NCBI GenBank assembly: GCA_963734545.1
Contig: CAVTHO010000005.1
Coordinates: 320,001-384,000 of the forward strand
Direction: 5' to 3'
Source of the DNA: an uncultured Spirochaetota bacterium
GTDB taxonomy: Bacteria; Spirochaetota; Spirochaetia; SZUA-6; Fen-1364
Length of the DNA stretch: 64,000 bases
Positions 52,914 to 64,000 of this stretch are shown here, one piece after another. The position numbers and the translations under genes were made by a program. Below the pieces are notes generated by a model. That model was not told the origin of the DNA, made no database searches, and saw only the letters and a program-made list of their open reading frames with translations. Numbering within the stretch: position 1 is the stretch's first letter; each line of letters opens with the position of its first letter.

Positions 52914-54453
52914 CTAGTGCGGCTCCCCGGCGCGCCTTATTGCGCGGACCGTGGAGAAGTAAGCGGCGATCCTCTGGCCGGACAGGAGATGCGTGGAGAA
53001 AAGGGATTCCTCCAGGACCTCGGTGACAAGGGTGAGCTCACCGCTCTTGTCCGGGAAGAGAGCGGCGAGCCGGGAACTGTATTCACGCGGGGCATCGAAT
53101 CCGCGGCACGGTACGCCTCGGCTCTCCCCCCACTCGAGCAGCTGCACCCAGGCCCTGAGGACCCTGCTCGTCTGAAGCCTCTTTCTCCGCGGCAGGGCGT
53201 GGGAAGCAAGGCCGTACGCCGCGGTTCGCGCGTCATTCTCCGCGTCATCGCTTCTCCTTTTCGGGCCGTCGCGGCCCACGGAGGCCAGCCAGGTGCGAAT
53301 GCGGCGCGCGAGCCGGCGGCAGGCGCGGACAAAATCGTCCAGCTTGCGGCGGATGAAGTCGACCAGGCTGCGTTTGCGCACGCTGGCCAGGAAGTCCTCA
53401 GAGAGCAGCGGGGAGACCAGAAAGAAGTAGAGCCCCAGGATGAGCGTGATGCGTATCAGCCGGCCCAGGATGAAGAGAAAGAGAAGGAAAAGCGGGGTGG
53501 GCGAAGCGCCGGAGATCGTGCGGGTCATTTCCGCATACCGCTGCTGCTGTTCGAGGATGGTGCGCACGGGATCGAGGAGACTCCAGATCGGTATTGCAGG
53601 GAATGAGCGGAAGAGTCTTTCCAGAAGAGCCAGAAGCGCCGCAAGGGGAAGGGGGGCATCGTTGCGCGAGAGAAGCAGGACGAGCGGAATACTCACCAGC
53701 GGCATTGCGACGATGGTTCCCAGCCGGGACCATTGGAACCGGGCCGGCACAACGATCCCCTCGCCCAGGAGAAGCTGATCCTGCACGTACATGTTCATGG
53801 TTCCCGTGACCAGGAAGCCGAAGAACGCGTGGGAGGCGGCGAGGACCGGCGCCGCCAATCGCATGGGGACTTTCAATGCGGCTGCGAAGAGCAGCAGAAT
53901 GAAAATCACGGCCTGGAAGAGAGCCTCGACGAGCTTGACCGCGCGGAGGGAACGGGCGGAGATCTCCGCCTGCAGGGAGGCGTCCCGAAGGGCGTGGAGC
54001 ATCTCCTCGCCCTTCCTGCCGGCAATCGGCGCTGAGGAGGATCTCCCTTTCCCGCAGGCATCGGTGCAGGGCCCACACGCACATCCACTGCGCAAGGGTG
54101 AGGCCGAGCGGGTAGACGAAATCGACGTGCGCGAGCACCACCCTTTGGGTCTGGATGCCCCGCAGCGCGGCAAGGGCGAGCCATACGACGACCATGACAG
54201 CCAGAAGCTCCCTGAGACGCGCCAGGATCCCCGCGCGTTCCACGAACAGGACGTTCGCCGTGACGGCCTCTTCGGCGCCGACGGCAAGGAGAACCAGGAA
54301 GAACAGCGGCGAGGGAAATGCCAGCGTGGGGAGGATGCTGCGGGCAATCGAATCCAGACAAAGGAGGAAGAGAGAGGGAATGGAGATCGCGATCAGCGGG
54401 TGGACCGTGGAACGATGGAGGCGCAGGTAGCCGTCAGTGATCGATGAGCTCAT
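52914..54453 (-). CDS. Multi-TM protein with DUF4129-like C-terminus (frameshift near 54030)
   Basis: Hydrophobic; C-terminal RAWVQLL...APREY...EESLFS; MoxR/DUF58 context. Confidence 0.6.
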
Positions 54454-55603
54454 TGCCATATTCTGAAACGACAAAGAGGGGAAACTCGCTCGTCGGGAGC
54501 TCCCGTCTGGCCGGGGAGTCCCCACCCATGAGGAACAGTTCGACCGTATTCCCTTTCTGTTTCACCTCCCGCAGGAATGCATGCTGCACGTCCGTCAGCA
54601 GAGGGGTGATCACCTTTATCTGCGTGCGGACGGGGATGTCCACGCCGGACGCGTACAGAAGGCGCGTGAAATCACCGGTGGCGCGGGAAACATCCATGCG
54701 CGCGAGCATCTCCAATATTGCCGCCGCGTGGCCCGCCGCTCCGCTGATGCGCGCAATCGGCATTCCCCCTTCTCCCTTCATGGAGCCGGAGGCGATCAGT
54801 CCGATCTCCTGACCAAGGGAGAAGAAGTGCATGACCAGGGAAGCAGCCATGACCGCGGCCCGCTCCACCCAGAGAGAGCGGAACCGAAAGGGATAGTCCT
54901 CACTGTTCATGTTCATCAGGATCAGCACGGGAGCGAAAAGGAAGGGGACATACTCCATGGTGTGCAGGCTCCCCAGTCGGGCGGAAACCTTCCAGCTTAT
55001 CTTGCGCGCATCGTCGCCCGGCACGTACTCGCGAAGCGAGCGGTAGCGCGTGAGGTCCTCGTACAGCCGATCCTGGCTGCGCACGTTTCCTGCCGGCAGG
55101 CCGGACGACAGCGGCAGTCGGAGGGGAAGCACCTCGGGATAGATGATCAGCCGCTCGATCTCGCCGTAGGACCGCCTCCACGGGAAAAAGCCCAGGGGAT
55201 CGGAGCCGAGGAGAGCCGCCGGTCCGACGGAGTATTCGCCCCTGTGCTGGCTTTCGATCGTGTAGGAGATCCTTCGCTTCTCCCAGGGGCGGAGTCGAAT
55301 GACGAACTTGCCCGGTTCACGCGAGAACAGGGGGCCGATCGTGTCGATCAGGCTGACTCCCGGCACGGGGAACGGGCTCCTGTTCTCGACGGTCAGCACG
55401 ATCTGGATCGGATCGAATCGATGCGCGCGGAGAAGGAGATCGTGACGCCGCACAACCAGGGCCCCGGCCAGGAGACGGGAATGCGCAAACGAGAGACCGA
55501 GCACGGCGAGATAGAGAAGAGAAATGATCTGGAGAATCCGGAAGGGGAAGAACAGGAGGACCGAGAGGAGAAAGAGCGAGAGCGGCAGCCGAATCGTCTT
55601 CAC
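54434..55603 (-). CDS. DUF58 domain protein
   Basis: SDPLGFF, IYP, LREYVPGDDARKISWKVSAR. Confidence 0.85.
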   Translation of the reverse strand: MKTIRLPLSLFLLSVLLFFPFRILQIISLLYLAVLGLSFAHSRLLAGALVVRRHDLLLRAHRFDPIQIVLTVENRSPFPVPGVSLIDTIGPLFSREPGKFVIRLRPWEKRRISYTIESQHRGEYSVGPAALLGSDPLGFFPWRRSYGEIERLIIYPEVLPLRLPLSSGLPAGNVRSQDRLYEDLTRYRSLREYVPGDDARKISWKVSARLGSLHTMEYVPFLFAPVLILMNMNSEDYPFRFRSLWVERAAVMAASLVMHFFSLGQEIGLIASGSMKGEGGMPIARISGAAGHAAAILEMLARMDVSRATGDFTRLLYASGVDIPVRTQIKVITPLLTDVQHAFLREVKQKGNTVELFLMGGDSPARRELPTSEFPLFVVSEYGNELIDH

Positions 55604-56553
55604 TTCTCGACTTTGACCACCGGCACTTCGACCGACTCGCTCACGTCCCGGAGAATTTCCTCGGCGGTGATTCCCTTCACCATGGACTCGGGCCTCAGGA
55701 TCACCCTCTTGATGCAGGCCGGCAGCAGCATCTCCTTGACGTCCTCCGGAATAACGTAGTCACGGCCCCGAATGGCGGCAAGGGCCTGGGCGCTCTTGTA
55801 GAGGGCAAGGGAGCCCCGCGGGGAAATCCCGAGCCTCAGCCGCGGCTCGCGGCGGGTCACGGTGGACAGGTCGAGAATGTAGTCGCGTACGGCAGGGCTC
55901 ACGTGGACCTGGACGACCGCTTCCTGCATCTCCCGCACAGCCGGGAGATGCGTGACCGCCTCGACGTCGAAGACCGGGTGCGTGGTCCGGCGCTGGCTCT
56001 CCAGGATCTCCGCCTCCGCGCGTCGATCGGGGTAGCCGATCCTCAGCGCCAGCAGGAACCGGTCTTTCTGCGCCTCGGGCAGGGGGAACGTGCCCTCGAA
56101 CTCCACGGGATTTTCCGTTGCCATGAGAAAGAACGGATCGGGCAGCGGGATGCGGTTTCCGTCAATGCTGATCTGGTTTTCGGCCATCGCCTCCAGGAGC
56201 GCTGACTGCGTGCGGGGCGTGGCGCGGTTGATCTCGTCGACCAGAACGACGTTTGAGAGGATGGGGCCTTCACGGAAGGAGAACTCGCCTGTCTTGGGAT
56301 TATAGACCGACACTCCCAGAATGTCCGCCGGCAGAAGGTCGGGAGTGCACTGAACGCGTTTGAAGGTCCCGCCGAGGCTCTGGCCGATGGCGCGCGCCGC
56401 GATTGTTTTTCCCACGCCCGGCACGTCCTCGATGAGCACGTGTCCCCTGCAGAGGAGGGCAACGAGCAGCTTTTCCACCACGTCGCCCTTGCCGTAGAAG
56501 GCTCTTTCCGTGGACTTCCTGATCAACTCCGACCACTCGCGGACTTTTTTCAC
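55600..56553 (-). CDS. MoxR-family AAA+ ATPase
   Basis: GHVLIEDVPGVGKT, CTPDLLPADILG, DEINRATPRTQSALLE, EGTFPLPEAQKDRF. Confidence 0.93.
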   Translation of the reverse strand: MKKVREWSELIRKSTERAFYGKGDVVEKLLVALLCRGHVLIEDVPGVGKTIAARAIGQSLGGTFKRVQCTPDLLPADILGVSVYNPKTGEFSFREGPILSNVVLVDEINRATPRTQSALLEAMAENQISIDGNRIPLPDPFFLMATENPVEFEGTFPLPEAQKDRFLLALRIGYPDRRAEAEILESQRRTTHPVFDVEAVTHLPAVREMQEAVVQVHVSPAVRDYILDLSTVTRREPRLRLGISPRGSLALYKSAQALAAIRGRDYVIPEDVKEMLLPACIKRVILRPESMVKGITAEEILRDVSESVEVPVVKVEK

Positions 56554-56581
56554 CCCTGGTTCTCCCCTCTCCTTCTGTCCC

Positions 56582-57992
56582 TCACATCTCGAACATCTTT
56601 CCCGGATTAAGAACCCCGTCGGGATCCAGCGCGTTCTTGATGGCCCGGAGGGTGGACAGGTGCGCGGGGCTGAGATTCCGGAGGAAATACGCGCGCCGGG
56701 AGAGGCCGATTCCATGCTCGCCCGAGATGACGCCCCCGCGGCCGACCACGTCGCTGTAGATCGCCTCCCTTGTCCTGTCGAGTCTCTCCCGCCAGTCCGG
56801 CAGGTCCGGGCCGACGATCCCGTCCACGAGCAGGCCGCGGAGAAAATGCGTGTGCACGTTTCCGTCAGCCGCGTGGCCGAATGTCGGCAGCGAGACGCCG
56901 AGCCGGACTTCCAGATCGTGCACGAGGCCAACGTGCGCGGCGATCTCCGACCTCGGCACGCAGACATCGAACAACTCAGCAGTCGCCGCCCTGACTCCTT
57001 CGTAGAGCATGCTGCGCAGTTCGAGGATCTCCGCCTGCCTGCTCTTCTGGTCCGTGAGGAGCACATCAAGGGCGCCGGCGGTCTCCAGCACAGCGCCGAT
57101 GGATTCGGCCTGGGCGAGCGTGTCCGCCTCGTCGCGGCCGTCGACGATGATCATGAGCGATGCGTCGCCCTCACGTGCCGGCCACGTCTTGTTCAAAAGA
57201 CGTTCTGCGGCCCGCATGACGGAGTTCTCCACGAACTCGACGGCGCACGGCAGAATCCCCCTGGCCAGAATGGCGGGAACTGCTTCGATTGCCTGCCGGC
57301 TGGTGGGAAAAGGTGCGACGATCGTCTGGATGGACCCCACCGGCGGGAGGAGCCCGAGGGTGATCCGGGTGATCACTCCCAGGGTACCTTCGGACCCGAT
57401 CATGAGGTCCATGAGGTGGTAGCCTGAGCTGGACTTGATGTACTTGCCGCCCAGGTCGAGGACCTCCCCGCTGGCAAGCACGACCTGAAGGCCGAGCACG
57501 AAACGCCGCACGGTGCCGTACTTTACCGCGCGCGCTCCTCCGGCATTGGCGGCCACCGCTCCGCCGACAAAAGCCCCCTCGTCTCCGGGGTGCGGGGGGA
57601 AATAAAGGGACATGTTCTGCACTTCCTCATAGAGCCTTTTCAGGCTCACCCCTGCCTGCACGGTGATCGTGAGGTTCGCGCGGGTCGGCGTCGATTACGC
57701 GATCGAGGAGCTCCATGGAAAGGACGATTCCCCCGGGAGAAGCGATGCACCCCCCGACGAGACCCGTGCCGCCTCCGCGTACCGTGAGCGGGACCTTCTC
57801 GCTGCGGCAGAGCCTGACGAGAGCGGCAACCTCCCGCTCATCGGCGGGCTTCACGACCGCCTCGGGCAGCGCGCCGGAGGGGTCGCGCATGAACTCGTCG
57901 TGTCCATACGGCTCGACTGCGTCAGCGTCCGTGAGCACACGGTCTCCCGCAATCTCCCGTGCTTTCTCCCACCATGATGAGCGGAGCGGCAT
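56582..57992 (-). CDS. FAD-linked oxidase, GlcD/D-lactate dehydrogenase family (frameshift near 57680)
   Basis: RGGGTGLVGG, NAGGARAVKYG, GSEGTLGVIT, GHAADGNVH, SGEHGIG, DPDGVLNPGK. Confidence 0.88.
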
Positions 57993-58016
57993 TGCTCCTC
58001 CTTACGGGTGAGCGGC

Positions 58017-58943
58017 TTACACTTCGATCGTCGTGCCCTCCTGGGCAACGGTGACCTTCATGCTTGTTTTCCCCTTGAGCGTCGCGACATATGCGCGATG
58101 CAGGCCCGCCAGCTCCCGATCGGTGCGCAGGGGCTCATGATGGAAGAGCACGAGATGCTTGACGCCCGCCTTGTGCGCGGCGCCTATGGCCCATCCGAAA
58201 TAGCTGTGGCCCCACCCGATCTTCCCCGCAAAGTATTCCTTTCTCGTGTACTGGGTGTCATGGACGAGCAGATCAGCCCCCTCGAAGAACTTCTGAACCT
58301 TCTCGTTCTCCTCCCGGGCGGCAAGCTCACCCTCCTTGACCGCGGCCGCGTCGTAGCTCGGATCCTCGGGGCTGATGTCGAAGAAGTTGCGGTACGGCTC
58401 GTGATCGTACGCCGTGCAGAAGACTTTCCCCTGGAACTCGAACCTGTATCCGAGCACGAGGATGGGGTGATTCAGGTACTTGGTGGTGACCGTCAGGCCG
58501 CCTCCGAGATCGAGGCTTCCTTCCTTGAGCGAGATGTATTCGATTTTCGCGCTCAGCTCCTCCAGCCGCACGGGAAAATAGCGGTAGCGAAGCTGTTCTC
58601 CCACTATCTTCTCCAGCGTGTCATCTTCGTAAGAGACGGGACCGTAGATGTCCAGCTCCGTTGTCGGGATGAAGATGGGCGTGAAGAAGGGGAAGCCCAT
58701 GATGTGGTCGAAGTGGGTATGCGTCAGGAATACCTTGGTCTTGATGGGGCCCCGGGGGAAGTCCTTCTTCATGATGTGCCCGGCCAGCTCCCGCACACCC
58801 GAGCCCAGGTCGAGGACGATCAGCCTGTCCTCTTCCCCGAAGCGCAGCTCGAGGCATGAGGTGTTGCCGCCGTACTTCACCGTGGTGGGGCCGGGCACCG
58901 GGATCGAGCCGCGCACCCCCCAGAAGGTCAAGCGGATGGCCAC
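58017..58943 (-). CDS. MBL-fold metallo-hydrolase
   Basis: WGVRGSIP, YGGNTSC, THTHFDHIMG, GWGHS, LFHHEP. Confidence 0.9.
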   Translation of the reverse strand: MAIRLTFWGVRGSIPVPGPTTVKYGGNTSCLELRFGEEDRLIVLDLGSGVRELAGHIMKKDFPRGPIKTKVFLTHTHFDHIMGFPFFTPIFIPTTELDIYGPVSYEDDTLEKIVGEQLRYRYFPVRLEELSAKIEYISLKEGSLDLGGGLTVTTKYLNHPILVLGYRFEFQGKVFCTAYDHEPYRNFFDISPEDPSYDAAAVKEGELAAREENEKVQKFFEGADLLVHDTQYTRKEYFAGKIGWGHSYFGWAIGAAHKAGVKHLVLFHHEPLRTDRELAGLHRAYVATLKGKTSMKVTVAQEGTTIEV

Positions 58944-58953
58944 GCCGGTGCTC

Positions 58954-59826
58954 CTACTGGGACACGCTCAGAAAGATCTTGGCCTTGTCGATCTCGCTGT
59001 TGGCTTTCTCCTCGACAGCCTCCAGATCATCCAGGGTGATGCCGAGCTCTTCGAATACGCTCGGGGAAAGCTTCTCCGGGTAGCGGTCACCCGAGAACCC
59101 GATCTGGTAGGTGTTGGCGAAGAAGTTCGCCGCCGCCACGGTGAGAAGCACTTCCCGGTGCGTGCCCGGGTAGGCATCGAGGAAGTGATGGAAGAAAACG
59201 ACGTCCTCCATGACGGGGCCAAGGTTCCAGTTCTTGATGATGAGCCTGCCCACCTCGCAGTGATTGACCTCCATGGTGCGCTCCTCCAGGAGGTACAGGG
59301 GAGCGTGCTCCTTGTCTGTAAGGGAAAGGGCAGTCACGTACTCAGCCGACAGCTTGTTGTTCAGCGGGATCTTGCCGATGTCGTGCAGGAGCCCGGCCAC
59401 GAAGTACTCCTCGAGCTGCTTGGGGTCCTTCCTGCGTTTGACGGCAATGAGCTTGGCGGTCACCCCCACGCAGAGGGAATGACGCCAGAATCCGTCGATG
59501 TTCAGCGCCTGGAAACTGCCCTTCTTGGCGAGCTGACCGAGGACCGCGGTGGACAGGGCGAGATTCTTCACCGTGTTGATCCCCAGCATGATGATAGCGC
59601 GCACCAGGCTGGTGATCTGGGTGTTCAGGCTGTAGTAGGCGGAGTTGATGAGCTTCATCACGCGGCCCATGAGCACCGGGTCCAGGCTGATGACCTGGTT
59701 GAGATCTGAAGGGGAGGTCTTGGGGTCATTGGCGATCTGGAGGATCTTGGACACCGTGATGGGCAGGCTGGGCATCTTGGCGATGTAGGTCTGAATGATG
59801 GCGAGGACCCGATCTTTATCCTGCAT
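58954..59826 (-). CDS. HDOD domain protein
   Basis: MPSLP, DPVLMGRVMKLINSAYY, FWRHS, AGLLHDIGK. Confidence 0.9.
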   Translation of the reverse strand: MQDKDRVLAIIQTYIAKMPSLPITVSKILQIANDPKTSPSDLNQVISLDPVLMGRVMKLINSAYYSLNTQITSLVRAIIMLGINTVKNLALSTAVLGQLAKKGSFQALNIDGFWRHSLCVGVTAKLIAVKRRKDPKQLEEYFVAGLLHDIGKIPLNNKLSAEYVTALSLTDKEHAPLYLLEERTMEVNHCEVGRLIIKNWNLGPVMEDVVFFHHFLDAYPGTHREVLLTVAAANFFANTYQIGFSGDRYPEKLSPSVFEELGITLDDLEAVEEKANSEIDKAKIFLSVSQ

Positions 59827-59829
59827 ACC

Positions 59830-62800
59830 CTATTTCAGACTCCCCATCTGGGCGACGACAGACTCGATCCGCTCTCTCATTGCCGCGGCCACCGCCTTGT
59901 CCGGGTGCCACGCTGAAAGGTCCTTGAGGTAAGAAAACGTGTCGACGATCAGGGAGCGCGTCATGGGCTCTTTCCTGTGAGGGACAACCGGCAGGAAGTC
60001 TTCTGCGATCTTTTGTCGCAACCCTTTTTTCCCCGCCAGCTGCGCCTTGAGGGACTCCATGGCAAGGCGCTCATTGCTCCCCCGAAACCGTTTCTTGTCG
60101 CGTTCGGGAAGATAATCTGACAGTTTTTCCAGATAGTCAAGGAGATCGCCGGGGTGTGAACGCGCTGCCCCGCCCTTGTCCAGCTTGTCCCGCACGCCAT
60201 CCAGGTAGTCGCGAAGCTCCTGGCGCACATCCTCGCCGGTGCGGGGGGATTTTCCGGGTTCGCGCGTCGGAACAGGCTCCGTCGGCAGGAGCGGCTCTTC
60301 TTCCGGTTCCTCCCGCGCAACCGGCGCCCGGGGCGCGGGAGATACCGGGGATTGAGCGCGCCGGGGTGCTGCCGGTTGCGGCGCCGGCCGCGGCGCAGCC
60401 GGGGCAGAAGGCGCAGGTGTGCGAGCTGCTCGCGCGGGCGGTCTGGAGGCGGGGCGCCGAGCCGCGGGTGGTTGAGCCGCCTGCGCGGGCGGCCTCGGCG
60501 CGGGACTGGCAGGCCCAGGCCGCCTCCCTGCTGCCGGTGAGGGCTGGAGCGCCGCGGTCCCGGTCGCGCGACGTTGTGCCTGCCGTTGCGTAGTCGGTTG
60601 CGGTTCGGGAGGCCTGTCCGACGTCGGTTCGGTCTCCGGCTCCAGGGACAGCGGCTCCGGCTCCAGGGACAGCGGCTCCGGCTCCAGGGATAGCGGCTCC
60701 GGCTCCAGGGATAGTGGCTTCGGCTCCAGAGACGGCGGCTCCGGCTCTAGTGACAACGGCTCTGTCTCCATGGGCAGCGGCTCTGTCTCCATGGGCAGCG
60801 GCTCCGTCTCCAGTGACAACGGCTCCGGGTCCCATTCGACCTCGGGCTCCGGCTCGGACACGGAAAAGGGCTCCAGGACGAGCCCGCCCGCCTGTGAAGA
60901 CTCGCGCTTCGCGGGCATTTCGCTCTGCACGAAATCGCTGCGCCTGCGTCTCGGGGGCCGCTCCGGCTCCTCCTCCGCCAGGTCCGCCGCCGCGTACCGG
61001 GGGAGGCCTTCGGATTGCGGCGTCGCTGCCGGCGCATCCACAACGATCGGCCTCAGGGGAGCGGGGCCGGCCTGCATGGCCTCGGGCCGCGGCATGTTCA
61101 CGATAATGGGGGGCGCCTGTGGAGGGTACTGGCTCTTCTCATCGACCTTGCGGGAGAGGGACTTCATTTCGTCGAGCAGCTTGTCGACGATTTTCGACTG
61201 TGCCGCTGCTGATTCCTTCAGCGAATTGGCAATCAGGGACTCGGTCTGGGGGGACAGGGTAAGCTGAGACTGCTGCGGGGGCTGCACAGCCTGCGGGGAC
61301 GGGGCAGGCGGAGGGGACGGCGCGGCCGGGGCCGGGGCGCCGGCAAGGGGGGCTGCATCTGATAGGGCTGCGGCGAGAACGCCGGGGGCGCGCCCATGAG
61401 CGCGGGTCCCTGCTGCCCCCAGGCCTGCTGCGAGGGAAGCTGCGGCTGCGGCTCGAACATCTGCAGGGCAGGATTCTCTTCATAGAGCTCCTGGTCCTTC
61501 AGGAGGTTCACCAGGTTGGGCGGCCGCTCGTCCTCGATGGAGACCGATTCCTCCGGGATCGATTCGTCGACCTCCTCCAGCTGCAGCTCTTCGTCCGTTT
61601 CCCGCACGGCGAAGACGGGCTCCATTCCTCCCACGTTGATGATCGGGACCGCCTCTTCCTCCAGAGGCTCGATGTCCTCGATCATGATCGCATCATCTTC
61701 CGGCTTCACCCTTTCGGGCGGAGCGGATTCCACGGTGAGCTCCCTGAGCTTGCGGATGGTTTTCTCACGTTCGTCGCGGAAATCCTTCTCGTGTTCGGAG
61801 ATGGCCTGCTCGTATTCATCCATCGCCCGGCTGAGCGCTTCCATGTCCTGGGGATCCGCGCTCTGCTCGAGCCTGTTGATCAGACCTTCCATGGTGTCGA
61901 TGGCCTTCTGCGGCTCGCCCAGCTCGCGATAGAGTTTGGCCAGACGGGAGCTGGCATCCTTGTCCTCCGGAAACGCCTCCCGCACCTCGCTCAGGGTCTG
62001 CGCCGCCTGCCGAAGATGGCCCTGCTTGGTATAGATGTCCGCGAGGAGGATCCTTGCCCGCGGGTCGTCCGGCTTCGCGGAGAGATAGCGCTTCACCTCT
62101 TCGTGTGCCCGGGCAGTATCACCAGATTCCTTCCAGAGGAACGCGCGGTCCAGCCGGAAGTCGTGGTCCTCGCCGCCGAGCGCCTCGAGCTTTTCGAAGC
62201 ACTCCAGCGCTTTTCTCTTTTCTCCCGCCCTTTCGTACGTCACGGCGAGCCCTTTGAGAGCTTCCCGTGTGCGCCGGCTGCGCGCCGAGGAGCGCCGTGT
62301 ATTGTTTGATTGCCTCGGGGAAATTCTCCAGTCCGCGAAGGATGCCGGCGAGACGCAGGCGCGCCTCTCCGTTGCCCGGCTCCATGGACAGCAGTCGGTT
62401 CAGCTCCTCCATCGCTTCGGTCAGCCTGCCGTCGCGCTCCAGAAGCGAAGCGAGGTTCTCCACCGCCTGCGCGTAGTGAGGGTCGGCCTTCATGGAATGG
62501 CGATACGCCTCGGCCGCCTCTTCCCGCCTGCCCTGTGCCGCCATCACGACGCCGAGGTTGTTCAGCGCCCGTGCGTTTCGGGGATCCGTGCGCAGCGCCT
62601 CGCGGAGCGTCTTCTCGGCTGCGCGCTCATCTCCCAGGCCGTGCAGCGTGACGCCGAGATTGTTGAGGGCATCAGTCCAGCCCGGCTTGGCCCGCACGGC
62701 GGCATCGTATTCCTCGCGCGCTTCCTTGATCTTGCCGATCCGCTCGTACACGACGCCGAGGTTGTAATGCAGGCGCGGCTGGTTGCTGTCTGCCTGAAGC

Positions 62801-63303
62801 CCTTTCTGATAGGTGCGGATGGCGTCACCGTATCTGCCCGCCGCCTCCAGCACAGTGCCGAGATTGATATACGAAGCGACGAAAGTGGGATCCACCGCAA
62901 TGGCCTTCTGGAAATTCTCCTCGGCCAGCGCGTTGTTGGCGAGCGATTTGTAGACGTTGCCCAGGTTGTAGTACACGTCGCCGCGTCGGGGCGAGAGATT
63001 GATGGCTTTCTCGAAATGCGGGATGGCCTCACCGAACGACTGGATTCTCTTGAAGATCACACCCAGATTGTTGTGCGCCTCGGTGTAGTCGGGTTTGAGA
63101 TCCACCGCTTTCTGGAACAGCTCGATCGCCTTGCGGAACCTGCCGGTCTTTTCGCACACGCTTCCCAGGAGATTGTACGCCACCGGTGATTCGGGCAGGA
63201 CCTCCAGGATACGCATGGCCAGCTTCTCCACGAGCGTGAATTCACCCATTTTGAACGCATTGCGCGCCCGGGTGAGGATCTCCGCCGTGGTCATGGGCTT
63301 CAT
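59830..63303 (-). CDS. Large TPR protein with acidic/Pro-rich linker (frameshifts near 62265 and 61300)
   Basis: Many TPRs (YNLLG, HNNLG, YYNLG); three overlapping ORFs 62119-63303, 61233-62243, 59830-61287 appear to form one gene. Confidence 0.72.
60635..60830 (-). repeat. Coding 21-bp tandem repeat (EPEPLSL-type heptads)
   Basis: GGCTCCGGCTCCAGGGAYAGC and variants, about 9 units. Confidence 0.85.
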
Positions 63304-64000
63304 CTATAGATCCTCGACGGACGGGCGCTCACCTCGGGACCAAACTCGCTTTGCTGCTTCGGCTCCGAGGAGTCGTACGCGGTCACGGCAAAGTAGTACA
63401 GGCTCCCGTTTTCCAGGCCGTCGACTACGATGGTCGTGGCGGTCCCTGCGTCGATGGGAGAATCGCCCTGCGCCGCGCCGCGGCCGAGGAAGTTGTGCGG
63501 CTCGCCCCCGTAGTAGACGAGATAGCCTTTTACGCCGAGATCGTTCACTGCGCGCCAGGCGAGAGTCACCTTCCCGTTGCCCGGGGTCGCCGTGAGCCCC
63601 GCGGGCGGAGCAGGGGGCGGGTTGGGCTCGTAGACCACGCTGAGAGCAGACACGCGCGGCGACTGCGCGCGGCGGCCGTCCGGGTACAGCTCCACCCTGA
63701 GCTGGATGTAGCGGGCTTTGAGGGTGTCCTTCAAATCCGCGCCGGGAGTAAAGGGCACCCAGTCGGTCGGGCCGCCGAGAAGCGGTTTGCCGTTCCACGT
63801 ATCCGCCGTCTTGTAGTAGTACTCCACGGAAGTATCCGAGGGCGTTGAAGCAACCGCCTCGATGCGCGCAATGCGCGTGGAGGAAAAGCCGAGGTCGATG
63901 ATCCGTGAAGTGGCCGACCCCGTCTTCCCCAGAAAGCGCGAGATGACCGGGTCATCGACGGCGCGGCGGGAGACCCGCAGCTCATCGAGGAAACCGGTGA
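63300..64000 (-). CDS. Protein with C-terminal fibronectin type III domain, probably LamG upstream (partial)
   Basis: PPAPPAGLTATPGNGKVTLAW...GLENGSLYYFAVTAYD; GFLDELRV at window edge. Confidence 0.7.
   Translation of the reverse strand, partial: TGFLDELRVSRRAVDDPVISRFLGKTGSATSRIIDLGFSSTRIARIEAVASTPSDTSVEYYYKTADTWNGKPLLGGPTDWVPFTPGADLKDTLKARYIQLRVELYPDGRRAQSPRVSALSVVYEPNPPPAPPAGLTATPGNGKVTLAWRAVNDLGVKGYLVYYGGEPHNFLGRGAAQGDSPIDAGTATTIVVDGLENGSLYYFAVTAYDSSEPKQQSEFGPEVSARPSRIYR

Overview
GC-rich bacterial chromosome segment spanning the replication origin. It is most likely from a spirochaete: gyrBA is divergent from dnaA-dnaN-recF-dciA-rpmH-rnpA-yidD-yidC-jag and there is a tRNA-Arg(GCG); this assignment is inference. 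Contents: a BMP-type ABC transporter; a gatC-gatA-gatB-aspS operon; a GH63-like hydrolase; dnaX-ybaB-recR; SRP RNA and six tRNAs; parAB and two parS sites; class III RNR; an ECF sigma cluster; purA, gap, neuB-like, dcd, pncB, omptin and lon; a MoxR-DUF58 locus; and a TPR-HDOD-MBL cluster. About nine single-base frameshifts, several in essential genes, point to uncorrected sequencing indels. The two strongest candidates for new biology are (1) a GatB fused to an asparaginase/GatD-like domain lacking the first catalytic Thr, in an operon with a non-discriminating AspRS, and (2) a small stand-alone LAGLIDADG-motif gene whose sigma70 promoter abuts a parS site inside a duplicated 31-bp element near oriC. 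Also notable are GTAG REP/BIME-like composites, a second tandem repeat family, atypical DnaA-trios and leaderless-type promoters. All calls are by-eye motif recognition; no database searches were run.
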